IMG/VR virus record: IMGVR_UViG_3300031758_000562 | Location: 1 to 24,098 of that record | Strand: one strand, 5' to 3' | Length of the DNA: 24,098 bases | DNA from: a virus | Lineage: Duplodnaviria > Caudoviricetes | Shown: one piece after another, positions 9,355-16,188 of the stretch | How the letters are laid out: the number at the start of each line of letters is the position of its first letter | How positions within the stretch are numbered: position 1 is the first letter of the stretch | Position numbers and translations under genes: made by a program | The notes under the pieces: model-generated | The model's input: the letters and a program-made list of their open reading frames with translations, nothing else | What the model was told of the DNA's origin: nothing | Database searches by the model: none

Positions 9355-9379
9355 CTTTTATAGTTAACTACAGTATAAT
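9351..9379 (+). promoter_or_regulatory. SigA-type promoter, leaderless
   Basis: TTGACT-17 nt-TATAAT, then 6 nt to ATG9386. No SD. Confidence 0.75.
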
Positions 9380-9385
9380 TTATAT

Positions 9386-9604
9386 ATGGCAAATTTTGAT
9401 GACATATTAAAAGACATTCAAAGTGAGGCATCAAATCTTGACGAGTTTGAGATTTGGCTAACTAATGGAATTGAGCGGGGCTGGGTAACAGAACCGTTCT
9501 GCAATACTCATGAGGGAGATCCCTATATGAGTGACGAAGAGGCACAAGAGTGGGAAGAGGGCGGAGACCCTTGTCAGGTAGTAATTAAAATAAAAAACAA
9601 CTAA
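9386..9604 (+). CDS. Acidic hypothetical protein, possible metal binding
   Basis: 72 aa, FCNTHEGDP...GGDPC. Has its own promoter. Confidence 0.7.
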   Translation: MANFDDILKDIQSEASNLDEFEIWLTNGIERGWVTEPFCNTHEGDPYMSDEEAQEWEEGGDPCQVVIKIKNN

Positions 9605-9616
9605 TAAAGGGGTAAG

Positions 9617-10264
9617 ATGAAAAAAAATATTAAAAGTATAAGTTTTATTTCAGCAGCAATATTGTTATTTAGTATTTCTCCAGCAGTTGCTGATCCAACA
9701 TATGCTGTTCTTGATGCAAATGGAAATGTTAAAAATATAATTGTTTGTGGAGAAGCATGTGCCAGTGGTACATTTGGTGGAGATAGGGTGGTTTTACAGG
9801 TAGCAGCAGACCCAACTACTAATGCCAATCGTGGCGGTATTTGGAATGGTCCAGGAACAACAACGTATAATGATAATACTGCTACATTTACCGTAAATAG
9901 ACCTATCACAATTACACAAACTGAAGAGAGTGTTGTTTCAGAAGATGAAAATGAAGAACCTGTAACTTTAGCAGGTACTATTTTTGGCAGCACATATACA
10001 TTTACTTATGGCGATACATTAGGAACTGATTGGGTTATAAACGGATTTAGAGATATGGGTAAAATAGAAAAACCTGCTGATTTAAGTCAAAAGACTAAAG
10101 CAGAAATATCTGCTACTACAAAATCAAAAACAGAATCAGCATCTTTTGATGAAAGAAAGACAGCAGCGGAAGTATCATATAGTGTTGCATTACAAAATCT
10201 TAGTTTATTACGAGCAAAGATTGACAGACTGTTAGTACTTATTGATAATTGGGTAAAAAAGTAA
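9617..10264 (+). CDS. Secreted hypothetical protein
   Basis: Signal peptide ending AVA|DP, CxxxC, C-terminal amphipathic helix. Confidence 0.7.
   Translation: MKKNIKSISFISAAILLFSISPAVADPTYAVLDANGNVKNIIVCGEACASGTFGGDRVVLQVAADPTTNANRGGIWNGPGTTTYNDNTATFTVNRPITITQTEESVVSEDENEEPVTLAGTIFGSTYTFTYGDTLGTDWVINGFRDMGKIEKPADLSQKTKAEISATTKSKTESASFDERKTAAEVSYSVALQNLSLLRAKIDRLLVLIDNWVKK
10221..10249 (+). promoter_or_regulatory. Putative promoter for the tRNA pair
   Basis: TTGACA-17 nt-GATAAT inside the 3' end of the upstream CDS, about 27 nt before tRNA-Gly. Confidence 0.45.
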
Positions 10265-10276
10265 TAATTTAGTGTT

Positions 10277-10351
10277 GCGGAAGTAACTCAACGGTAGAGT
10301 ACTACCTTGCCAAGGTAGATGTTGCGGGTTCAAATCCCGTCTTCCGCTCCA
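10277..10351 (+). tRNA. tRNA-Gly(GCC)
   Basis: Acceptor GCGGAAG/CTTCCGC, anticodon arm CTACC-TTGCCAA-GGTAG, T-loop GGTTCAAATCC, encoded CCA. Confidence 0.95.
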
Positions 10352-10352
10352 C

Positions 10353-10424
10353 GCCCTCATCGTCTAGTGGTTAGGACATCACCCTTTCACGGTGGTAACA
10401 GGGGTTCAATTCCCCTTGGGGGTA
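10353..10424 (+). tRNA. tRNA-Glu(TTC)
   Basis: Acceptor GCCCTCA/TGGGGGT, anticodon arm TCACC-CTTTCAC-GGTGG, T-loop GGTTCAATTCC. CCA not encoded. Confidence 0.93.
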
Positions 10425-10429
10425 CAATA

Positions 10430-10438
10430 TGTTACAAT
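10430..10438 (+). promoter_or_regulatory. Extended -10 promoter
   Basis: TGTTACAAT upstream of SD AAGGAG and ATG10456. Confidence 0.5.
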
Positions 10439-10455
10439 AAAATAAAGGAGAAAAA

Positions 10456-11160
10456 ATGGCAATAACTATTTATTGGGCTTGTATTGAAGATGAGTGGATA
10501 AAAGCAGTTGAGCCAGAAAAAGTAAGTAAAAGATTTTATTCTATGGGCATTAAAGATGACAATAGATCATCTCCAATAGCAATTAATCACTGTCCTGTTT
10601 TTAATGGATCATTGACAAATACTTATGCAGTAAAATCAATATATGATTATTCTTTTAAAGTTGAAAACGGCCAATGTGTTTCATCAGACCATGACCAAAA
10701 ATTTTTTGATGAACATGTTTTTATAAGATTGCTTGAAAAAAAATTTTTTTCTTTTAATGTAAGATATATTTTTTTTACAGAAGAAGATGATTTAAATATG
10801 AGTGCTTATCAGTATCCATTTTTTGAAGATAATGAAATTACTAAAAGATGTATGATAATTCCTGGAGATTTTAATATAGGAAAATATTTTCGTAATTTAG
10901 AATTTCCATTTATTTTAAAAAAAGAGTATGATGAATTTATAGTTAATAATGAAGATGTTTTATATTATTTAAAATTTCATACTGAAGAAAAAATAAAATT
11001 TAAACAATTTAGATATAATGAAAATTTAAAACAAATGCTAGCAGATGTTAGAAAGGCAAATAGCGGTAATAAAAGGGGGGCAAGTATGCAAGTATACTAC
11101 AATAAATTTAAAGGAAAAAAATATATTTTAAATCAAATTAAACAAAACTTAATAGACTAG
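10456..11160 (+). CDS. Hypothetical protein, distantly DUF6065-like
   Basis: SD AAGGAG. HCPVF...NTY, IIPGDFNIGKYFR and EDVLYYLKF motifs; AT-rich. Confidence 0.6.
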   Translation: MAITIYWACIEDEWIKAVEPEKVSKRFYSMGIKDDNRSSPIAINHCPVFNGSLTNTYAVKSIYDYSFKVENGQCVSSDHDQKFFDEHVFIRLLEKKFFSFNVRYIFFTEEDDLNMSAYQYPFFEDNEITKRCMIIPGDFNIGKYFRNLEFPFILKKEYDEFIVNNEDVLYYLKFHTEEKIKFKQFRYNENLKQMLADVRKANSGNKRGASMQVYYNKFKGKKYILNQIKQNLID

Positions 11161-11164
11161 CATA

Positions 11165-11173
11165 TGGTATAAT
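11165..11173 (+). promoter_or_regulatory. Extended -10 promoter of hsp20
   Basis: TGGTATAAT about 60 nt upstream of ATG11235. Confidence 0.65.
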
Positions 11174-11177
11174 AATA

Positions 11178-11237
11178 TTGTACCTGCCAAATGGGGGTAC
11201 AAAAAATGAAACTCGCTGAAAAGGAGAACATAACATG
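11178..11237 (+). promoter_or_regulatory. ROSE-like RNA thermometer 5' UTR
   Basis: Hairpin 1 TTGTACC/GGTACAA. Hairpin 2 CTC-G(bulge)-CT-GAAA-AG-GAG pairs the UCGCU motif with SD AGGAG. Confidence 0.6.
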
Positions 11238-11666
11238 GTAAGTTCATTGACATTGGATCTTTTTAAGGATCCATTTTTTATTGGTTTCAACAGAGAGTTG
11301 GACCGTTTAAATGCAATACATAACCTAGCAACTCGTCAGGCATATCCGCCATATGACATTATTAAATTAAACGAAGATAAATATAAATTATCTTTAGCAG
11401 TTGCTGGATTCTCTAAAGATGACATTAATGTATCTGTAGATAATGGAACATTAATCATTAGGGGAGAACTTGTTGAAGCAACAGATGCAGAAGTTGTTCA
11501 TAAAGGCATTGCTGGTAGAAAATTTACCCGCACATTTGCACTTGGTGAATATATGGAAGTAACTGGTGCCGAAATGAAAGATGGTATGTTATATATTGAC
11601 ATTGATCGCATTATTCCAGAGGATAAAAAGCCAAAAGAAATTGCAATCAAAGTTGCAAAAAAGTAA
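11235..11666 (+). CDS. hsp20: Small heat-shock protein (Hsp20/IbpA family)
   Basis: YPPYDIIK, LAVAGF, HKGIAGRKFTRTF, AEMKDGML and PEDKKPKEIAI motifs. Confidence 0.95.
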   Translation: MVSSLTLDLFKDPFFIGFNRELDRLNAIHNLATRQAYPPYDIIKLNEDKYKLSLAVAGFSKDDINVSVDNGTLIIRGELVEATDAEVVHKGIAGRKFTRTFALGEYMEVTGAEMKDGMLYIDIDRIIPEDKKPKEIAIKVAKK

Positions 11667-11681
11667 CTAACGTTGTATAAT
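11653..11681 (+). promoter_or_regulatory. SigA-type promoter
   Basis: TTGCAA-17 nt-TATAAT. Confidence 0.65.
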
Positions 11682-11689
11682 ATATATAA

Positions 11690-11716
11690 GACCTGAGCAT
11701 GTCCATAAACTGCTCA
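11690..11716 (+). ncRNA. Candidate compact H-type pseudoknot in 5' UTR
   Basis: GACCTGAGCATGTCCATAAACTGCTCA: S1 GAC/GTC, S2 TGAGCA/TGCTCA, A-rich loop 3. Confidence 0.45.
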
Positions 11717-11744
11717 CTACTTATTAAAAGAAAGGAGTAACTAA

Positions 11745-11918
11745 ATGCCAAGATATGACTATAAGTGTTCTGTTTGTTCTGGACAAGTTGAATTTGAAAA
11801 AACAATTAATGAAGATAAATATCCAGTCTGTTGTAATCAATCAATGCAAAGGCTTTGGAGTGCTCCTGCTGCAATTTTTAACGGTAGCGGATTTTATTCA
11901 ACTGACAACAGAAAGTAG
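11745..11918 (+). CDS. FmdB-family zinc-ribbon protein (57 aa, not in ORF track)
   Basis: SD AAGGAG. MPRYDYKCSVCSGQVEFEKTINEDKYPVCCNQSMQRLWSAPAAIFNGSGFYSTDNRK* fits MPxYxYxCxxC...FxGSGFYxTD. Confidence 0.88.
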   Translation: MPRYDYKCSVCSGQVEFEKTINEDKYPVCCNQSMQRLWSAPAAIFNGSGFYSTDNRK

Positions 11919-11933
11919 ATGTATAATAACACT

Positions 11934-12191
11934 ATGACTAGCATTGTTAAAGAACATCCCAGTGTAGTTTCAAAAAAGTATATACTAAATGCTAATGATC
12001 GTTGTGATAAGTGTCTAGCACAAGCATTAATTAAAGTAAAAGGTGTTTCTGGAGAGTTAATGTTTTGTGGACACCACTATGAAAAAATAATGAATGACCC
12101 TGAGTCACATAATAAAATGATGGCTTTTATGTTAGAGGTTGTTGATGAACGTGAAAAACTAATAGAAAATAGAGCAATTGGAGCAATATAA
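11934..12191 (+). CDS. Small Cys/His zinc-binding protein of actinobacterial type
   Basis: ANDRCDKC...LMFCGHH. Start likely ATG11934 (leaderless after TATAAT 11922-11927) rather than 11919. Confidence 0.7.
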   Translation: MTSIVKEHPSVVSKKYILNANDRCDKCLAQALIKVKGVSGELMFCGHHYEKIMNDPESHNKMMAFMLEVVDEREKLIENRAIGAI

Positions 12192-12598
12192 TGTATCAAT
12201 ATTTTGTAAAAGAAGTTAAAAATGTGGTTGATGGAGATACCATTGATGTAATTATTGATTTAGGGTTTGATATTTTGTTTTCTTCCCGTGTTCGTTTAGC
12301 GGGTATTGATACACCAGAGTCACGCACAACAGATAAAGTTGAAAAAGCACTTGGTCTTGAATCTAAAGAGTATTTAAAGAAACATCTTAAAGATGCAAAA
12401 TCTGTTGTTATTAAAACTGAAAAGATGAACTCATCAGAAAAGTATGGTCGCATTTTGGGCTGGTTATATGTTAATGGAGATACAGAATCATTAAATGATA
12501 AGATGATTAATGATGGATATGCTTGGGGATATCTTGGAGAAACTAAAGTTAAGGATTTTGAAGTTCTTAAAAAGGCTAGAGCAAAGTCTGGAAAATGA
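12191..12598 (+). CDS. Thermonuclease (SNase-like) family nuclease
   Basis: VVDGDTIDV, RVRLAGIDTPE, KYGRILG and MINDGYAW motifs. Confidence 0.9.
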   Translation: MYQYFVKEVKNVVDGDTIDVIIDLGFDILFSSRVRLAGIDTPESRTTDKVEKALGLESKEYLKKHLKDAKSVVIKTEKMNSSEKYGRILGWLYVNGDTESLNDKMINDGYAWGYLGETKVKDFEVLKKARAKSGK

Positions 12599-12873
12599 AA
12601 ACAATACTTTACTTTACTGCAGATTGGTGTCAGCCGTGCAAAAAAGTAAAACCCATCGTTAAAGAATTAAACAGGGACTACGTTCCTGGAATTTTTCAAA
12701 TGGTTGATGTTGATATAGAAAATGAAATGGCTAAAAATTTTGAAATTAAATCTGTTCCAACATTTGTTTTATTAAAAGAAGGTAAGGAAATAAATCGTAC
12801 CACTGGTGTAAAAACAAGGGAAGAATTGGAAAATTTTATTAATTATGAAAAAACTATTCAAGAGAATATTTAA
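12595..12873 (+). CDS. Thioredoxin
   Basis: FTADWCQPCK active site and SVPTFV cis-Pro motif. Confidence 0.9.
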   Translation: MKTILYFTADWCQPCKKVKPIVKELNRDYVPGIFQMVDVDIENEMAKNFEIKSVPTFVLLKEGKEINRTTGVKTREELENFINYEKTIQENI

Positions 12874-13231
12874 TCCAGATGGGAAAAGCATGACTTCAGA
12901 TGAAAATGAAATGATTGAAAAATTAATTCTTGAAGGTGGTCTAGAGGTTGCTGGTATTGACTCTGAAGATGGGTCATTGCTATATTCATTTACTCCTAAA
13001 ATTAAACAGTTAATGCCAGAATTATATGATGACCACATGAATGCTGTAAACGCTGAGATATTGTCTTTGTGGGAAAGAGGGTATGTAGACATAGACTTTT
13101 TATCTAAAGATCCAGTAGTTACATTAGCATTAAAATCATTTGATAAAACAGAAATGTCTAAGTTAACCAAGCGTGAAAAATGGTCTATTGAAGAACTTAA
13201 AAGGCTGTCTGGCAAGCATCCAAACAACTAA
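12845..13231 (+). CDS. Hypothetical protein
   Basis: 128-aa ORF in operon order. True start may be the downstream Met (MTSDENE). Confidence 0.65.
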   Translation: MKKLFKRIFNPDGKSMTSDENEMIEKLILEGGLEVAGIDSEDGSLLYSFTPKIKQLMPELYDDHMNAVNAEILSLWERGYVDIDFLSKDPVVTLALKSFDKTEMSKLTKREKWSIEELKRLSGKHPNN

Positions 13232-13235
13232 ACCC

Positions 13236-13244
13236 TGATATAAT
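13236..13244 (+). promoter_or_regulatory. Extended -10 promoter, leaderless
   Basis: TGATATAAT followed by 6 nt and ATG13251. No SD. Confidence 0.65.
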
Positions 13245-13250
13245 AGTAAA

Positions 13251-14312
13251 ATGCCATATCGTGTAGGTGCTAAAGGTTCATACGGTTGTTCTGGCTACCC
13301 TGCTTTAAAAGAGGGTACCAACGAAGTTATGGGCTGTCACAAAACACGAGGACAGGCAGCAGCACAAATTTATGCAATTAATAGATCAGAGGGGAACATA
13401 GGTAAAAGCATGGTTAAAGAAGGCGACATGGTAATGGCACCAAATGACGACGAAGTTTATGTTGGTCGTGTTGTTCATGTAATGACAGAAGGAATGCTAG
13501 GTTTTCCTGGATCAGAATATGCACTTGCAGCATCCGCTACAGAACCTGCAGTATTAATTCAACTTTTTGAAATGGAAGAAGGCGGATTAGAAGAAACAGA
13601 ATATTTTATTGGTAAAAAAGCATCTGAAGTTATGGCAATGCCATCTCTTGAATCTAATGTTGGTATGGATAAATCTATGGACAATAATGATAAAGAAGAT
13701 GATTCATACGAGTCTGATAATGAGGATGAAGATAAATGGGACAACATGACAAAAGCATGTTGGGTTGGATATGAGCAACGTGGTATGAAAGAAAAAGACG
13801 GACGTATGGTTCCTAATTGTGTTCCAGTAAGTAAGTCAAATGAAATTGATAAAGCAAAAAAACCAAACTATGATGAATTTATTAAGCCACGTAAAGGTGA
13901 GCCAGCAAATGCTAGACTTTATGCACGTATTATTCAAGAAGCAAAAGATAAATTTGATGTGTATCCATCTGCAGTTGCTAATTCTTGGGTAGTTCAAGAA
14001 TATAAACGTCGTGGCGGAACTTATAAATCAGAAAAACGTGATTATTCTACAGCGTCCCGTGAAAGAATGGCAGAATCTGGAAATGCAATGCCTGATGGAT
14101 CATTCCCAATCTCAAATCGTGCAGACCTTATGAATGCAATTCGTTCTGTCGGTCGTGCAAAAGATTATGAAAAAGCAAAAGCACATATTGTTCGTCGTGC
14201 AAAAGAATTAAATGCAACAGATATGTTGCCAGAAGATTGGAACAATATGGCTCGTAAAGGTATGACTAGTTGGGGCGGATCTATATTTGATTTAAATCCG
14301 TTTAAAAAATAA
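13251..14312 (+). CDS. Modular phage protein, putative head-internal polyprotein
   Basis: Distinct modules (GCH..AAAQI; ACWVGY...VPNCVP; YPSAVANSWVVQEYKRRGG; AMPDGSFPI..DLMNAI) separated by hydrophobic-x-K-[S/A] motifs. Confidence 0.7.
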   Translation: MPYRVGAKGSYGCSGYPALKEGTNEVMGCHKTRGQAAAQIYAINRSEGNIGKSMVKEGDMVMAPNDDEVYVGRVVHVMTEGMLGFPGSEYALAASATEPAVLIQLFEMEEGGLEETEYFIGKKASEVMAMPSLESNVGMDKSMDNNDKEDDSYESDNEDEDKWDNMTKACWVGYEQRGMKEKDGRMVPNCVPVSKSNEIDKAKKPNYDEFIKPRKGEPANARLYARIIQEAKDKFDVYPSAVANSWVVQEYKRRGGTYKSEKRDYSTASRERMAESGNAMPDGSFPISNRADLMNAIRSVGRAKDYEKAKAHIVRRAKELNATDMLPEDWNNMARKGMTSWGGSIFDLNPFKK

Positions 14313-14479
14313 TGTCTAAAAAATCTTCAGGTTCATATTTTAAAGATCATGGTTTTAATCCATTACAAATTAAAGATGGAAGAATAGTCCGTTTAAGAAA
14401 AGACGGTAGAATAAAAGCAGATCTTGGTCCATATAGACCAGGAAAAAATAAAATAAGGGTGGTAGCAAGTGGCCAATAA
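14312..14479 (+). CDS. Small basic hypothetical protein (55 aa, not in track)
   Basis: MSKKSSGSYFKDHGFNPLQIKDGRIVRLRKDGRIKADLGPYRPGKNKIRVVASGQ*. TAATG coupling to the upstream stop. Confidence 0.6.
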   Translation: MSKKSSGSYFKDHGFNPLQIKDGRIVRLRKDGRIKADLGPYRPGKNKIRVVASGQ

Positions 14480-14576
14480 AGAACAAAAGGGTAATACCAA
14501 TAAAAAGAAAGAGCCAAAGATGACTCTTAAAGAAAAACGTATTGAAAAACAAAAAAAGAAAGACGGTAAAAAATGA
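14469..14576 (+). CDS. Very small Lys-rich protein (35 aa, GTG start)
   Basis: MANKEQKGNTNKKKEPKMTLKEKRIEKQKKKDGKK*. GGTGG SD-like element; overlaps both neighbours. Confidence 0.5.
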   Translation: MANKEQKGNTNKKKEPKMTLKEKRIEKQKKKDGKK

Positions 14577-14680
14577 GCATGTTTTATTTTTGGCACTCAC
14601 TAGTAATAGGTTTATTAATGATTGGATCATTTTTTTGGGGTAAGTCATATGAAAAAAATAAGGTAAGACAAGATGGCTGA
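14573..14680 (+). CDS. Small single-TM protein (35 aa)
   Basis: MSMFYFWHSLVIGLLMIGSFFWGKSYEKNKVRQDG*. ATGA coupling. Confidence 0.5.
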   Translation: MSMFYFWHSLVIGLLMIGSFFWGKSYEKNKVRQDG

Positions 14681-15041
14681 TACATATACACCAAATGCTG
14701 GCATGAAGGCTGCTGCTCGTCGTGCTTTAAAATGGAAAGAAGACGGTAAAGCAACAGGTGCTGGGACTCCAGTAGGTTGGGGTAGAGCAACAGATATTGT
14801 AAATGGATCAGCAATGTCTCTTAGTACTGTTAAAAGAATGTTCTCTTTCTTTTCCCGTCACGAAGTAGATAAAAAGGGAAAAGGTTTTTACGATGGTCCA
14901 GAGTTCCCATCTAATGGAAGAATTATGTGGGATGCTTGGGGTGGAGATGCAGGATTTGCATGGAGTCGTGCTATTGTTGAAAGAGAAAAGAAACAAGTAG
15001 AAAAGGTTTGGCAGGGAACTGCATTTGATCTAAAAAAATAA
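14673..15041 (+). CDS. Conserved-looking phage protein, possibly head-associated
   Basis: TPVGWGRA, TVKRMFSFFSRHEVDK and PSNGRIMWDAWGGDAG motifs. C-terminus WQGTAFDL resembles that of the 13251 protein. Confidence 0.7.
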   Translation: MADTYTPNAGMKAAARRALKWKEDGKATGAGTPVGWGRATDIVNGSAMSLSTVKRMFSFFSRHEVDKKGKGFYDGPEFPSNGRIMWDAWGGDAGFAWSRAIVEREKKQVEKVWQGTAFDLKK

Positions 15042-15051
15042 AGGGGGAAAT

Positions 15052-15213
15052 GTGGATAATTTAGAAAAAAATGAGTTAATTCAATTAATAGGATTTTATA
15101 AACAAAAACTATCTGATACAGAGTTAGATTCATTAAAGTTACAACTTGAGATTAATAAACTTAATTCTATGATTTTAGGTTTAACAAAAGAATCAACAAA
15201 AAAATCTAAATAG
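15052..15213 (+). CDS. Small coiled-coil protein (53 aa, GTG start)
   Basis: MDNLEKNELIQLIGFYKQKLSDTELDSLKLQLEINKLNSMILGLTKESTKKSK*. SD GGGGG; fills the intergenic gap. Confidence 0.6.
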   Translation: MDNLEKNELIQLIGFYKQKLSDTELDSLKLQLEINKLNSMILGLTKESTKKSK

Positions 15214-15214
15214 T

Positions 15215-15643
15215 ATGGAATATTTATTAGTTATAGGCTTGACATTGATTGTCTCTTGGTCTATAATTAAGATATCAAATAAAAAAAGAATAACATTTTT
15301 AAAAAAAATTAAATATAAACAAAGTGACATATATGAAATGATTAAAGATGTTGTTCCAAAACAAAAATTTGATAAGCCTAGACTTATTACGCAATCTGAA
15401 AAACATATTCAAAAAAATATGTTAAAGGTAGTAATAACCGAAGGCAAGGCATATTGGATATTGGATAACATTTTTTATACTGCTGATGCTATTAATGGCA
15501 GAGTAGATGAAAACACAATAAAACAATTAAATTTTGAAAATATGTCAAAAACAGAGTTAGACAAAATGTTATCAATACTTGATGACTTAAAGCAAGGGGT
15601 AAGACCAAATGATAGTGGCAGTGCAGGGAACAAAAGAGTTTAA
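15215..15643 (+). CDS. Hypothetical protein with N-terminal membrane anchor
   Basis: 142 aa, hydrophobic N-terminus followed by a basic stretch. Confidence 0.65.
   Translation: MEYLLVIGLTLIVSWSIIKISNKKRITFLKKIKYKQSDIYEMIKDVVPKQKFDKPRLITQSEKHIQKNMLKVVITEGKAYWILDNIFYTADAINGRVDENTIKQLNFENMSKTELDKMLSILDDLKQGVRPNDSGSAGNKRV
15239..15267 (+). promoter_or_regulatory. Perfect-consensus sigma70 promoter within a CDS
   Basis: TTGACA (15239-15244), 17 nt, TATAAT (15262-15267). Confidence 0.7.
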
Positions 15644-15959
15644 TGATTATAGCGTATTTTTACGTGCTATGAGCGTTGCTTTGTCTGGAATGAAAAATGG
15701 AGATAATGACTTCATTATTTATTCTGCTGGACCATTAAAAATTAATAATTTTGTTTCAGAATTTTGCAATTTGTCAGAACGTGGGATGAAAGCAAGAGGC
15801 AAAAAAATTAAATTCTATAATGCTGCTCCTGCATGGTTAAATGAAAATATAAATCAAATTAATTACTTTGTTTTTTTAAGTCGTCCAAAAGAACTAAAAT
15901 CAAAATTGGTTTTAACTGCAGAAGCAAATAATATTGACGTCGGTCTTTTTAGATATTAG
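15609..15959 (+). CDS. Hypothetical protein, possibly SLOG/YspA-like
   Basis: N-terminus MIVAVQGTKEFNDY resembles the IxGSRxFxDY SLOG start. Confidence 0.5.
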   Translation: MIVAVQGTKEFNDYSVFLRAMSVALSGMKNGDNDFIIYSAGPLKINNFVSEFCNLSERGMKARGKKIKFYNAAPAWLNENINQINYFVFLSRPKELKSKLVLTAEANNIDVGLFRY

Positions 15960-15966
15960 GAGAAAA

Positions 15967-16188
15967 ATGATAATTAAAAGTTTAAATACAATGGAAAAAA
16001 TTGTAAATAAAAACAAAAACTTATTTTGGAGTGGTTGGGATGTCGTTGATTTAAAAGAATCTGATATAGCAAGAACCTCTCCTTTAGGAATTAGAGTAAA
16101 AGATAAGTGGTATTTGCATAGAATTTATAAACCTACCCGTATTGGTTGGAATATACCAAATAAATATGGAGATAAAAATGAAAAATAA
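15967..16188 (+). CDS. Hypothetical protein
   Basis: SD AGGAG 15958-15962, ATG15967, LFWSGWDVV. Confidence 0.65.
   Translation: MIIKSLNTMEKIVNKNKNLFWSGWDVVDLKESDIARTSPLGIRVKDKWYLHRIYKPTRIGWNIPNKYGDKNEK

Noticed and set aside
11248-11276. TTGACA inside hsp20
   Set aside because: No -10 hexamer at 16-18 nt spacing.
11755-11937. Track ORF of 60 aa (MTISVLFV...)
   Set aside because: Overlaps out of frame the FmdB ORF 11745-11918, which has an SD and a family signature.
14370-15133. Hydrophobic minus-strand ORFs (Phe/Leu-rich)
   Set aside because: Reverse complement of Lys/Glu-rich A-tract coding sequence; compositional artefact.
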